The notes under the pieces are model-generated. The model did not search any database. It was not told the origin of the DNA and saw only the letters and a program-made list of their open reading frames with translations. Shown piece after piece: positions 1-12,544 of a stretch of 64,000 nt of DNA (the stretch's first letter is position 1; each line of letters opens with the position of its first letter). Origin of the DNA: Octopus sinensis (taxonomy: Eukaryota); contig NC_043002.1 of the NCBI RefSeq assembly GCF_006345805.1, positions 57,412,001-57,476,000 of the forward strand, read 5' to 3'. The translations under genes were made by a program, and so were the position numbers.

Positions 1-602
1 CGAATATGACAGCGTCGTTAGAGCGTCGGATAGAATGTCTTGTGTTATTTGCTCTGCACCCTGAGTTCACGCACTGGCCATCTGTGAATTTCATCTTCAC
101 GGGGTTGATAAAAGACTGGTTGATAAAAGACCCGTCAAAACCTGAAGTTGGCTTCTCCTCTGTCTGTATGTCTGTTTGTCTGTTTCTCTCTCTCTCTCTC
201 TTTCTGCCTCTGTCTATCTGTTTGTCTGTCTCTCTTTCACCCACACACACAATCGGCCCAAGAAAGGGATATTCTTAAGGCGGCCTTGACCAATCCCTTC
301 ACTCCTCATTCACTGGACATAAAGTCACAACAGACACAGGTAAGGAGGAAAGGGGCGGTCATTATGATGGACATACCTAAGGTGTCAAGCATGAAGAAGT
401 GTTAGCGCGTCGGACAAAATGCTACGCGGTATTTCGTCCGTCTTTATGTTCAGAATTCATTTTCCGCCGAAGTCAACTTTGTCGCTTATCCTTCGAAATC
501 GATGAAATAAATAGCACTTAAGCAGCGGGCTCGAGGTAAACCACTTGCCCCCCCGCGCTATATTCCAAGCCTTGTGGCTGTAATAGGAAGGATTATTATA
601 GT

Positions 603-830
603 TAGGCGGCGAGCTGACAGAATCATTAGAGCGTCGAACAAAACGCTTAGCGGCATTTGTTCCGGTCATTTACGTTCTGAATTCAAATACTATCAAGGCC
701 GAGTTTGTCTTTCGTTTTCTCGGGGGTCTATTAAATAAGGACCAGTTATTATAAGTTGGGGTTGATGTAATCGAGTACTTGCCCCCTCCCCCCAAAAAAT
801 TGCTGGCTTTGGGCTAAAGTTCGAACCATT
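603..830 (+). mobile_element. tRNA-head SINE, family A (degenerate); more decayed copies at ~10-130 and ~401-535
   Basis: GGCGGCGAGCTGACAGAATCATTAG head, B-box-like GAATTCAAAT, body shared with copies at 17.6, 37.5 and 42.2 kb. Confidence 0.75.
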
Positions 831-1009
831 GTAGACATCATCAGTAACACCATCACCACTACCGCTTCTGTTGTAACAGTTTGAAGAACTTTCTCTCCCT
901 CTCTTTCTCTCCCCCCCCTCTCTCTCTTGGAGAAGAAAAGATACGAAACTGACTTTTCGAAGAAAACAGAACAGAGCAATACAGCAATAAAAAACCCAAA
1001 CATATGGCT

Positions 1010-1152
1010 GTCTGGTAAACAACTTCTTCATAACCACGTGGTTTCGGGTTCAGTCTCCTGCATGACACCTTGGGCAGGTGTCCTCTATTATAGCCACGGG
1101 CCGACGAAAGGCTTGTGAATGGATTTGGTAGAAACCGGATGAAGCCCATCGT
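1010..1152 (+). mobile_element. tRNA-head SINE family B, head fragment
   Basis: TGGCTGTCTGGTAA...GGGTTCAGTCTC...ACCTTGGGCAGGTG...GGATTTGGTAGA, matching the other family B heads. Confidence 0.7.
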
Positions 1153-1167
1153 GTACACACACATACA

Positions 1168-1209
<42 letters not shown>

Positions 1210-1235
1210 CACACACATACACACACATACATATA

Positions 1236-1428
1236 TACCTGTGGGGCTGGATGTTGAAAAAGTTCCTGGCTTTAAAGACCTGGCTGGAGACCCAAACTTT
1301 CGAGTTCTTTTACAGGGCTTAGAAAAACTGAAGGACCACTGCAATAAGTGTGTGAATCTGAGAGGGAAATATGTTGAATAAAATCATAATTAACTGATCC
1401 TCCTGTAGGAAGTTTTCAACATCGCTCG
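1236..1428 (+). mobile_element. Internally deleted mariner (mini-element)
   Basis: Imperfect TIRs GATGTTGAAAAAGTTCCT / AGGAAGTTTTCAACATC flank the transposase C-terminal remnant LQGLEKLKDHCNKCVNLRGKYVE*. Confidence 0.7.
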
Positions 1429-1446
1429 CACATACACATAAATATT

Positions 1447-1459
1447 ATCTATCTATCTG

Positions 1460-1538
<79 letters not shown>
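1447..1538. repeat. (ATCT)n microsatellite, left flank of Tx1 element
   Basis: Direct reading. Confidence 0.97.
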
Positions 1539-1539
<1 letters not shown>

Positions 1540-2953
1540 CACCCGGCATGCCCCGAGGGGAAGCTGTCCCTAAAATGTTGGACGGAGGTGGCGAACACGT
1601 ACATCGCGTCCGTCATCTACTACTGCCTGACTGTCGTGCCTTGTCCCGACCCTACCATCTCCAAGCTGGAACGTAGTCTCTTCCGCTTCTTGTGGAAAGC
1701 ATGCATTCCGATGGTCAGGCGATCCGTTTGCTGTCAATACCCGTTAAAAGGAGGGCTGGGCATGCCGTGGTTGATAATGCGCAGACACGTGCTGAGACTG
1801 CGACATCTCCGGCTCTACGTAGACGACGGTGAACAGTTGTGGTCACCGTTTGTGAGGCGCGCTTTCCCGCAGCTCGTCTCCATGACCGAACTGCAGTCGT
1901 GGATCAAAAAGAGGCCGAGGAAGGGCGATGGCACCGCGAGTGTCGCATCGCTCTCCAGCAACTATGCCGTACCGGGTCAATCTTGAGCGACTGCAACACA
2001 ACCAAAGCATTCTATAGGGGATTAGTGGAGAGGAGGTACGACAACGATCTTGGGGCGAACCTGGGCGTCGACGAGGAATACCTGACCCGCCTGTTCAGGA
2101 CGACTTTCGGGCCGGGACCTATGGACAACTTCCAGACATTCCTGGCCTGGCAGTGCTATCGAGAAGAGCTACCCGTTTGGGATAAGCTCTACAGATTGGT
2201 TCGAGAAACACGGAGTCAACCTGCCCGAGATGCGGCCAGAGCGATGAAACCGTTCTGCACGCACTCGTACAGTGTCCAACCGTTTCCGACCTGTGGGCTT
2301 ATGTCGAACGACTGATAACGCGTGAGGGACGAGTCAGTTTATCAAGCGAGTCTATCGTAAATATTGTCGCGCCTCCTTCCTTGAAACTAGAAGGGAGAGC
2401 CATTTTCATCGTACTTGTGGCTATGGCAAAAATATGTGTATGGTGGACTCGTCTGAAAAGTCTAGAGTCAAACGCTTTTCCTCTCTGGTGGATCTCTCAT
2501 CAACTTCTTCAAGTTTCACTTGAAGAGGAAAGTGAGAGTAGAGAGGGAAATTTTGTCTAGTGAATGTTTAAAAAAAAAGATGGGTGAATGTAGCAAGGAT
2601 GGCACATGTGAATGACGGAGCCAGCTTGAGCATAATCCTATAAACCAGAAAAAGGAAGGAAAAAAGAGAGTCACTTACTGTAATGTGTTTTTTGCATGAC
2701 ATTATTGCCCGAGGTTACCGTGGTCTTTTCCGTAGGCTTTTCTTTCCATGGATAAACCTAATCTGTTTCCCATTTTACACTATGGCATTTCTGTGACACA
2801 CGATCCCTATTGATCGGCTTCCCCACTTTTTTTCCATGATTTCATTTGATCGAAATTCTATCCCAGCTTTTTTTCTTTCCTTCCCAAAAAGAAAAGCTCT
2901 ACTTTGTATTTTGTTCCCTCTGTGTTCAGCCCTGTGTGGCCAATAAAGAAACA
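1539..2953 (+). mobile_element. 5'-truncated Tx1/L1-clade non-LTR retrotransposon (ORF2 C-terminus with zinc knuckle, 3' UTR); frameshifted
   Basis: FRFLWK...RRSVCCQYPLKGGLGMP, WQCYREELPVWDKLYR, CPRCGQSDETVLHALVQC (CCHC), then 3' UTR ending AATAAAGAAACA. Confidence 0.88.
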
Positions 2954-3170
<217 letters not shown>

Positions 3171-3647
3171 GTGTTTGCTCGACACCACTACTTAACAACC
3201 GGTGTTGCTGTGTTTACGTTGAATAAGTACCAGGCTTACAAAAAAAAAAATTAATGTCCTGGGATCAATTCATTCGGCTAAAATTTTTCAGTGCGTTGCC
3301 CCAGAGTGGCCGCAGTCTAATGACTGAAACAAGTGAAAGATAAAAGATAAGAAAAAAATAACAAGAAATGAAACAAAACTAAACAAGTGCTGGATCTCCG
3401 ACGTTTGGCGGGAAGTTTTAGTTATTCGATCAACCGAATTACCTGCTCCTGAATTCATGTGAAAATGGCCGAGTATTCCACTGTCACATGTACTTTTAGT
3501 GTAATTTTCATTCAGGATCAACAAAACCGTCCTTCCTTCGGGATTAGTCTAAAGAGTGTCGGTATAAGGAGACGATATCGTTCAGCACCCCCCTTTTTTC
3601 TGTGTAACCACTTTGTCTTTGTCATGGGCGAAGGTTGTCTGGGTGAG

Positions 3648-3985
3648 TGATGTCGTCTACCACTACCGAAGGATTACCGCACAAAACAGTGATCGTGACA
3701 AATCTGTACCTTTTCGAAGAACCCGACCAAGTGCTCCTTACTTGGCGCAAAATGCTGCGCAGCGGGATCGAACTTGGAGGCTCGTCTTCGGGAAATGAAG
3801 TCGAAGTTCTCGATTCAGCCATACTGAATCTATAAAGCATAAGGTTTCAAAGTGGGCATTACTGTAGAAAAGCGTCGGAAATTATTTAGTGAGCTTAAAA
3901 CTGTTATTTCTTCGGATCCCGATGTTATTTTGTGCGGCAGTCCTTCGGTAGTGCGGCAATCCTTCGGTAGTGGTATACGACATCA
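3648..3985. mobile_element. Non-autonomous TIR element (MITE)
   Basis: TGATGTCGTCTACCACTACCGAAGGATTACCGCACAAAA is matched by an inverted copy at ~3925-3985, which carries an internal 19-bp duplication. Confidence 0.7.
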
Positions 3986-4418
3986 TTTATAGATTCGTAG
4001 ATTACGAAGTCTTTTTTTTTTTTTAATCTTTTACGGACTGCAGCCATGCTAGAGCAATGACCCCGGTACAAATGGTCCTTTTTTGAAATCTGATACTTAT
4101 TCTATCGTTCCGTTTTGCCGAACAGCTAGATAATAGAGACGTAAACAAACCAAAAACAGGTTGCCAAGCGGTTGGAAATGTATGTGTGTGGGGGACAAAC
4201 ACAAAGACACGCACACACAACACACAGATAAGCACATGTATGCATGCATGTATGTATGTTGTATGTATGTATGTATGCATGTATGTATGTATGTATGTAT
4301 GTATGTATGTATGTATGTATGTATGTATGTATGTATGTATGTATGTATGTATGTATGTATGTATGTATGTATGTGTCGTGTGAGCGAGCGTATGTCTGAG
4401 TCTGCGTTTGTGCCTATA

Positions 4419-4455
<37 letters not shown>

Positions 4456-4456
<1 letters not shown>

Positions 4457-4868
4457 CATTCTTTTATTCTTTTACTTGCTTCAGTCATTTGACTGCGGCT
4501 ATGCTGGAGCACCACCTTTAGTCGAGCAAATCGCGTCCACGGCTTATCCATTGTAAGCCTAGTACTTATTCTATCGGTCACTTTCGCCGAACCGCTAAGT
4601 TACGGGAGCGTAAACTTCTCCAGCATCGGTTGTCAAACGATGGTGAGGGGACAAACACAGACACACAAATGTATACACACACACACACACACACATACGA
4701 CGGGCTTCTTTCAGTTTCCGTCTACCAAATCTACTCACAAGGCTTTGGTCGGCCCGAGTCTATAGTAGAAGACACTTGCCCAAGGTGTAATGCATGCAGT
4801 GGGACTGAACCCGGAACCATGTGGTTGGTAAGCAAGTTACTTATCACATAGCCACCATTGTGCCTGCA
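4456..4868 (-). mobile_element. tRNA-head SINE family B, near full length
   Basis: Head (A/B-box-like), central CA microsatellite, tail ending GAAGCAAGTAAAAGAATAAAAGAAT. Confidence 0.85.
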
Positions 4869-4925
4869 TATATACATAATATATATATATGTATGTGTGT
4901 GTGTGTGTGTGTGTATGTATATATA

Positions 4926-4963
<38 letters not shown>

Positions 4964-5492
4964 CATAAATATGTAAGACGGGCTTTCAAACGGTTTCTGT
5001 GTATAAAAGTCAGTGAGAAGGCATTGTGCATAGTAAAAGTCACAATGGCTATGGTACCGCGCAATAGGAATGAAACCGAAAACACATGGCACAACTATGA
5101 GAGAGAGATGGGATGGAGTGGGATGTGGAAACACAGCCCCCCCTCCATCCCAATCTTTTAGGTTCCTTTCCAGTTTTGACTTTCGGTTCTCGAAATCTGT
5201 TTCCTGTTTCTTGTTAAACATAATATAAACAAAAAATTCATAATCTCAAATGTTTAAAATATATATCTGAAAAAAAAAACAAACAAACCCCAAAACATGG
5301 AGAAATATGTCATTGAAATGCCCCAAAATATTGTTTGTGACTTTTTTCTTTTGCGGTTTGATAATCCACGGACTTTAAGGCAAAGATCCGTAATAATCTG
5401 TAATCATTGACGTTCCAGATAATTTCCGACGCTATTGTACAAGAATACACTAATAAAGAATCAACAAAAGTCATGATGCCGTGTTTACTTAC

Positions 5493-5627
5493 CTTGATGT
5501 ACCCACTGAGGTTGGTTGGGTCTCTCTCAGCCACATCAACATCTGGGTGCATGATTGGGGGTGGTGAACCTTTCTTTCCGCCAGTCATGATTGTCTCCAC
5601 ATCGTAGTCTAATTCCGAAGTTGACAT
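5493..5627 (-). CDS. CAV: Caveolin family protein, first coding exon (45 aa); remaining exon(s) not found, presumably left of the window
   Basis: MSTSELDYDVETIMTGGKKGSPPPIMHPDVDVAERDPTNLSGYIK followed by a perfect phase-0 donor AAG|GTAAGT. RDP-x-[NH]L-x(3-4)-K precedes the FEDVIAEP signature in caveolins, and human CAV1 has its intron after the same Lys. In-frame TGA just upstream of the ATG. Confidence 0.8.
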
Positions 5628-5749
5628 GCTAAGTCATCTGACTTCCAAGTCGACTCAGGCTTAATTTGATGTTAGAGGAGGGAGTAAGAAAACAAAGCGA
5701 GTGCGTGTGTGTGTGTGAGTGTGCGCCTGTGTGCGTGTGCGTGTGTGTG

Positions 5750-5780
<31 letters not shown>

Positions 5781-5859
5781 AGGTGTATGTATGTATGTAT
5801 TTTAATATGTTTGGGAGAAAGAGAGGTCGAGAGAAGCACAGAATGTATCTATCTTTCTG

Positions 5860-5920
<61 letters not shown>

Positions 5921-7027
5921 AAACGTATGTATATATGTATATATGTATATATATATATATATGTTTGTATGAGTGTATATATATATATATATAGATTAGG
6001 TCTATGTATAATTATCTAGAAATGTATAGTTATGTATATATATATGTATATATGTGGAGTGTGTGTGTGTGTGTGTATGTCTATATGTGTGTATAAAATG
6101 CGTTGGTATATTTTTCTCCCTTTTATCTTCTCTTTTTTATTCTGTTTTCAATCTTTGCTGTTGTTGTTGTTGTTGTTCTTATCGCTCTTATTGTTGTCGT
6201 TCTGTTCACTATATTTATATATTTTTTTGTTTGCTTGTTTGTGTTGTTGCTGTTGTTTGTTTGTTCCTTCAACACATCATTTCATCCATCGGCATCATCA
6301 TCATCATCATCATTATCATCCTCATTATCATCGTCGTCGTCACTATCATCATCATCATCGTCATCATCAACCTTTCACTTGTTTAATTAAACTTAAAAAA
6401 ATGAAACCAGTTGATGAAAGTCCGCTCTTCCTCGTTTGATTGCTTGGACGCCGCTCTGTTTAATAAACTCTGCTTTGCTGGTAGTGGTGGTGGTGACGGT
6501 GGTGGTTGAATTGGTTTTAATAGTAGTAGTAGTAGTTGTAGTAGTAGTAGTGGTTGATGCTGATGTTAATGATGGCGGTGGTAACAGCTTTTACAGCGCT
6601 CAGAGTGAAAATGAAAGTAGTGACGTTGGTGGTAGTTTGGTAGTGGTGGCAATTTATAGAAACAGTTATTGCAGTTGTATTTGCTTTTGTTGTTGGAGGT
6701 GGTAGTAAGTAGCAGTAGCAGTAGTAGTAGTAGTAGTAGTAACAGTAATACTACTACTAATAATAACAACAATAAACTTTGTAGGGTCAGTTGTTATTGC
6801 TGTTATTGTTGGTGTTGCTGAGAGTAAATGCAGCAGCAGTAGCAGTAGCAGCAGCAGTTGCAGTATTACTAGTAGTTATTGTTGTTGGTGGTGATGTTAA
6901 TGTTGATGGTGGTGGTGGTAACAGGTTTTGTAGTGGTAGGAGTGAGGACGAAGGCACCTGGTGGTAGTGGAGGTGGTGTATGCACGCATGCATGTACATA
7001 CGAGGCATGCATGCATATATATATATA

Positions 7028-7064
<37 letters not shown>

Positions 7065-7398
7065 TATATATATATATATATATTATAGATAGTATATGTA
7101 TTATATATATGTATATGTATATATACATATATATATATTATATATATATATATATAATTATCTATATGTATGTATATATATACATATATTATATGTATGC
7201 ATGTATATTATATATATATGAATGAATATATATATATATGTATTATATATATATGTAATGTATATATATAGATATATATATATATATATATGTATATATA
7301 TGTATATATATACATTATATATATATGTATGCATGTATGTATATATATATATGAATGAATATATATATATACATATATACATATATATATATACATAC

Positions 7399-7436
<38 letters not shown>

Positions 7437-7439
<3 letters not shown>

Positions 7440-7819
7440 GAGGCACAATGGCCCAGTGGCCTCGCGGTCGTAGGATCGCTGCGGCTTCGATTCTCAGCCC
7501 GGGGGGGGGGGCATTGTGAGTTTTTATTGGACGAAAACACCTAAAGCTTCATGAGGCCCCGGCAGGGAGTGGTGGTGAACCCTGCTGTACTCTCTCACGA
7601 CAACTTTCTCTCACTCTTTCCTCCTGTTTCTGTTGTACCTGTATTTCAAAGGGCCAGCCTTGTCACACTCTGTGTCACGCTGAATCTCCCCGAGAATTAT
7701 GTTAAGGGTACACGTGTCTGTGGAGTGCTCAGTCCCTTGCACGTTCATTTCACGAGCAGGTAGTACCGTTAATATCGGATCAACTGGACCCCTCGTCGTC
7801 GTAACCAACGGAGTTCCCA

Positions 7820-7821
<2 letters not shown>
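7437..7821 (+). mobile_element. tRNA-head SINE family C, full length
   Basis: GTGGAGGCACAATGGCCCAGTGG (A box), GGCTTCGATTC (B box); body matches minus copies at 16.2 and 41.0 kb. Confidence 0.85.
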
Positions 7822-7881
<60 letters not shown>

Positions 7882-8035
7882 ATATATATATGCATGCAAA
7901 TGTCTATTTGTACGCATTATGTTTACGTATCTGTTATGCATGCGTATATATCCATGGGTTCATAAACATCTACATCATCTATATTTATACATACACACAC
8001 ACCTGTATATTCATGCATGTATACATGCATATATC

Positions 8036-8455
8036 TTTGATCTTTTACTTGTTTCAGTCATTAGATTGCGGCCATGCTGGGGCACCACCTTGAAGAATTT
8101 ATATCCGAATATATCGGCCCCTGTACTTATGAGTTTAAAGCCTGGTACTTATTCTATTGATCTTATTTGCCGAACCGCTAAGTTACAGAAATGTAAACAT
8201 ACCAGCACCCAGCGGTGGGGAGGGGGACAAATACACACACATACAAACACACACAAACACGTGCGCGCGCGCGCACACACACACGCACATATATGTATGA
8301 CGGGCTTCCGTCTACCAAATCCACCCGCAAGGCTTTGGTCGGCCGAAGGCTATAGCAGAAAGCACTTGCTCAAAGTGACATGCACTGGGACTGAACCTGG
8401 AAACTTATGTGTGGAAGTAAACTTCTTACCACGCAGCCACGCCCACACCTACATA
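8036..8455 (-). mobile_element. SINE family B
   Basis: Same head, central microsatellite and tail as 4456-4868. Confidence 0.8.
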
Positions 8456-9059
8456 TGTGTGTGTATATCTATGAATGTATATACGAGTATACATACATGT
8501 GAATCTGATCCCCTAACACACACACATACATGCGATCGCGCAAGCAGACACGCACGCACGCATTATATCTTTCACACACACGTAGACATACACACACACA
8601 TACCCCACCACTCCGATCTTGGTCAAAAGGCCGACACAAATCCATCCATCCATTCGCCCATTCATCCTTCCATCAATCCATATATACGTGTCTGTGTGAA
8701 TGTGTGCGTGTGTGTACGTGTGTCTGTATACGTGTGAGTGTGTGTGTGTATGTTTGTGTTTACGTTTGTGTGTGTACGTGTGTGTGTACATGTGTCTGTG
8801 TATGTGTGCGTGTGAGTGTGTGTGTGTTTGTGTGTATGTGTGTATACGTGTGTGTTGTGTACGTATGTGTGTACGTGTGTTTGTATGAGTGAGTACTGTG
8901 TGTGTATACGTGTGTGTGTGTGTATGCTTGTGTGTTTGAGTGAGTGTGTTTATGTGTGTACGTGTGTGTGTATGTGCATATGTGTGTGTGTAGTTTTGCT
9001 ACTTTTAGTCACTAAAATGTTTCCGCTGTTTCTGGTAGTTTATGTTGATTTAGTTGCTC

Positions 9060-9088
9060 TTGATGTATTATTAGCAGTAGTAGTAGTC

Positions 9089-9140
<52 letters not shown>

Positions 9141-9395
9141 CAGTTGTTGCAGGAGTGGCAGCAGTAGTAGTAGTAGCTGTAGTAGTAGTAGTTACAATAG
9201 TAGCAGCAACAGCAGTAGTAGTAGTAGCAGTAGCAGCAGAAGCAGCAGGAGTACCCGTAGTAGTAGTAGCAGCAGTAATTGTAGTCATGGCTGTTGTTAC
9301 TGCAATGTTGGTGGTAATGATGATTATGATGGTGATGATGTAACCACGACAATAACGACGACGACGACGACGACGATGATGATGATGATGATGTC
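9060..9395. repeat. (GTA)n/(GCA)n/(GAC)n/(GAT)n trinucleotide complex
   Basis: Direct reading. Confidence 0.95.
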
Positions 9396-9720
9396 CTTTG
9401 TTGCTAAGTTTTTGTCTCATTTATTTAGTAAAGTCCCTCTGGATGTTGCTAATGTTTTCCCCTCCTCCCGTTAAGACTGTTGACAACGTTGTTGTTATTA
9501 ACCCCAAGATGCCTAGTGGTATTTCTTCCAGTTCTATGCGTTCAGAGTTCAAATTTCGCCAAGGCCAACTTTGCCTTGCATCCTTTTGGGATCGATAAAA
9601 TATGCATCTCTTGAGAACTAGAATCGATATAATCAACTAACCCTCCCACCACTCAACATTGCTGGCGTTGTGCTAGAAGCTGAAACCGTTATTATTATTA
9701 TTATTATTATTTTTTTTTTT

Positions 9721-10278
9721 AGTGAGTGAGCAGTGCATGCCGTCAAAGTGACACCGGGGTACAAATATACGAAGCCCAGTATACCCATCATGAGTACCCG
9801 TTTGATAAAGGTACACTAGACACATGCATCACAACCATACCTGCGCGACATGGTGATCTCATATCAAGATTAACAGCGCATGTCGTTGCAGGTGGGGTCC
9901 CAGTTAGAATTTTCTTCAGGTTGAGTAGCCCATCCCGCTCAAAAGGTCCCTGAATAAGGGTTTGTTTAAGGATGTTGAACGAAGCACCCATGTTTCCAAA
10001 GGTAAATTATCTAAACCCCAAAGAATTCCTCTCAACACATGGCTATGATGCTCCCCCACTACCCCTGCTCGGGACCATAGATGCACATATCGTCAGCCAC
10101 TAAGGGACATGCTCAACTGGTTAAGGTCAAACCACTGACAAGCAAATCTTTGGTACTGAGCAGAATATTTGCTGCAGCCCGTCTTTTATACCAAGACAAA
10201 CCAATGTACATGATAACACTTCCAATCAGTTAAGATCAGAAGCCACGAGAGCCCCTGCTTGGTACTGCATCAGGGCAT

Positions 10279-10280
<2 letters not shown>
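9721..10280 (-). mobile_element. Unclassified ~560-bp non-coding retroposon-like element between two (TAA)n arrays
   Basis: No convincing ORF; oligo(A) then (TAA)n at its minus-strand 3' end; (TAA)n directly at its 5' end. Confidence 0.55.
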
Positions 10281-10375
<95 letters not shown>

Positions 10376-11148
10376 CCTGTTTGACTTTTGCTTTATGTTT
10401 GTACAAGTTGGTTCCAAGTCTCACCCAGAGACCTCAAGAGACAACAGGTTGGAAGTTCACGTTGTTGTTATGCCTAGTGTGCCATATTTGGTTTTTTTTT
10501 GGTGGTTGTACTAGTGAATGTCTAATAATAAATTTAAAGAAAGTTTGTTTTTAAACCTTGAGATTACATAGAGAGTATTTTGCCGTAGGATATGAGCAGT
10601 TCCCATGAGCACTATCTTTTGAATTTCTGCCATTTTGGGGTTTCCTGGTATCTGAAGTTAGTTAGCAATCAGCCCCTTTCGCTATCATTCCCAGGGCACC
10701 TATGACACAGGTATTGTTTTAGTCTTCAGGTTCCACATTTTTGGCTGATTTCTATTTCAAGATCTTTATATTTGCTCAGTTTTTGGTAGGTCTTGACAGA
10801 TACGTTTATATCGATTGGGACAGTCATATCAATGAGGAGGCATGTTCTTTGTCAGAAGTATTTCAGTATGATGTCTGTCCTGTTTGCATCTATCTTTCTG
10901 TCAGTTTTAATGGTGAAGTTCCAGAGGAGTGAGATGTGGTCATTTTCAAGCACTGGAGGTGGATTGTGTTCCCACCAGTTTTTTTCATGGGGCAAATCCA
11001 GGTTTTTGCAAATTACCCAGTGAATATATTGTGCAGCTTTATCATGCCTGTTGAGGTACTCTGTTGGCGCTAGAAGACTGCACTTGGAGACAACATGATC
11101 AATGGTTTCATTTTGTTGTCGACTTACACGACATGTTGGGCTACTGCC

Positions 11149-11149
<1 letters not shown>
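10376..11149 (-). mobile_element. R4/Dong-clade RLE LINE, 5'-truncated and decayed (copy 1)
   Basis: ETIDHVVSKC, EYLNRHD, LLWNF, LLIDMTVP, KLSKYKDLEIEI, IGALGMI, GTAHILR; (TAA)n on both sides. Confidence 0.88.
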
Positions 11150-11205
<56 letters not shown>

Positions 11206-11231
11206 TATTATTATTATTATTTTAAAATAAA

Positions 11232-12199
11232 ATATGGTCCGTTGTCTTCTGCTGAATCGGAGTCATCCCCTGACCCTAGGGTCACAGCAGGTCCTCATCT
11301 CATGGAGTGTACACGGCGTAAAATGTGTGCGGAACCTAGCAACACTATTTTCTGAAGTTCTCCCACGTTAAGACTCCAAGGGAGTTTGTTGAGCTGCTTA
11401 CCAAGGCCCTTTTTAATTAACCCTAACGCTCCAATCCCCACTGGTCCCGTGCTGCTTTTCATTCCCCACATCTTGGTCACTTCTATTCCTTGGTCTTTGG
11501 ACTTAAATAGCTTCTCAACTTCTTTAATGGACACATGTCTCTCTGATGGTACTGTCGCATCTATCATTAAGCATTTCTTGTTCTTCCGATATTTGATGAT
11601 TATGTCCGGCCTGTTTGCCTTGATTTCTTTATATCGGTGTTGATTGGCATGTCCCAGAGTACTGTTACGTCATCTTTTCTGGTCACAGTTTTCAGGTTTA
11701 TGCTGGTAACCATCTTTCTGAAGTTGGAAGCTGGTAGTTTTTACATTCTTCCAATGGATTATTGCGCTAACTCTATCGTGTCTTTAATATATCGTTTTTG
11801 AAAGCGCTGTGCATCCAGTTAAGATGTGGTCACTGTTTCATCCTGCTCATGACACATTCTGCATTTCGGGTCAGTGCCATCATTCATTATTTTGTTGTGG
11901 TAAGCCCTGGTTGCCAAGCTTTGATCTTGTTCTGCTATGATAAAACCTTCGGTTTCAGCCTTCAGTCCTGAGCTCTTCATCCATATAGGAGTGTCTCGTT
12001 TTTCTACGTCTGGTTTGTTCACTCTACATGGGTATCGGCCGTGCATCGCTTTTTCTAGCCATTCTTCTTTGCTCTTCTTCTCGGCTTGTTTTTTCATCTC
12101 ATCCTTAACTCTTTTAGCAAACTGGGTTACTTTCTCACTCAACTTCATCCTAGGTTCCTCCGTCATCAGTTGTTTCTTAAACTGTACAGATTCTTTGTA
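11232..12199 (-). mobile_element. R4/Dong-clade RLE LINE, 5'-truncated and decayed (copy 2)
   Basis: WMKSSGLKAETEGFIIAEQDQ, CRMCHEQDETV, IKANRPDII, CLMIDATVP, LQKIVLLGSAHILRR; flanked by (TAA)n. Confidence 0.9.
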
Positions 12200-12214
12200 T
12201 CATCATCATCATCA

Positions 12215-12286
<72 letters not shown>

Positions 12287-12329
12287 TATCATTATTATTA
12301 TTATTATTAATTCTTTGAAATTGTTGCAG

Positions 12330-12373
12330 GTATTCTGGGAAGAACTGCCAACGCACTATCTTAGCTCGTTTTT
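12330..12373 (+). CDS. Candidate internal exon (phase 2 to 1) of an EGF + LamG-like gene: YSGKNCQRTILARF
   Basis: TTGTTGCAG acceptor, GTATGT donor; YSGxxC resembles an EGF-domain end; splices in frame to 13575. Confidence 0.5.
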
Positions 12374-12440
12374 GTATGTGAGTGTGTCTCTATGTATGTG
12401 CGTATGAATGTATATATATAGGTATGTGTGTGTATATGCA

Positions 12441-12543
<103 letters not shown>

Positions 12544-12544
12544 G

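Noticed and set aside
250-400. Exon-like island (minus GMSIIMTAPFLLTCVCCDFMSSE*; plus ...SQQTQ|GTAAGG) as caveolin exon 2 or an upstream exon of the plus gene
   Set aside because: No FEDVIAEP signature, phase incompatible with the caveolin donor, and no frame gives an EGF N-terminal half joining 12330
3661-3972. CACTA (EnSpm) element suggested by CACTAC...GTAGTG
   Set aside because: Inverted symmetry continues ~13 bp outside CACTA and there is no direct TSD, so CACTA is internal to the TIR
5310-5492. C-terminal 60 aa of ORF 5310..5627 (VSKHGIMTF...)
   Set aside because: Read-through into the intron after the GTAAGT donor; no caveolin similarity
7437-7510. tRNA genes at A/B-box-containing heads (also 16027, 28651, 42232, etc.)
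   Set aside because: No complete cloverleaf, and each continues into a multi-copy SINE body
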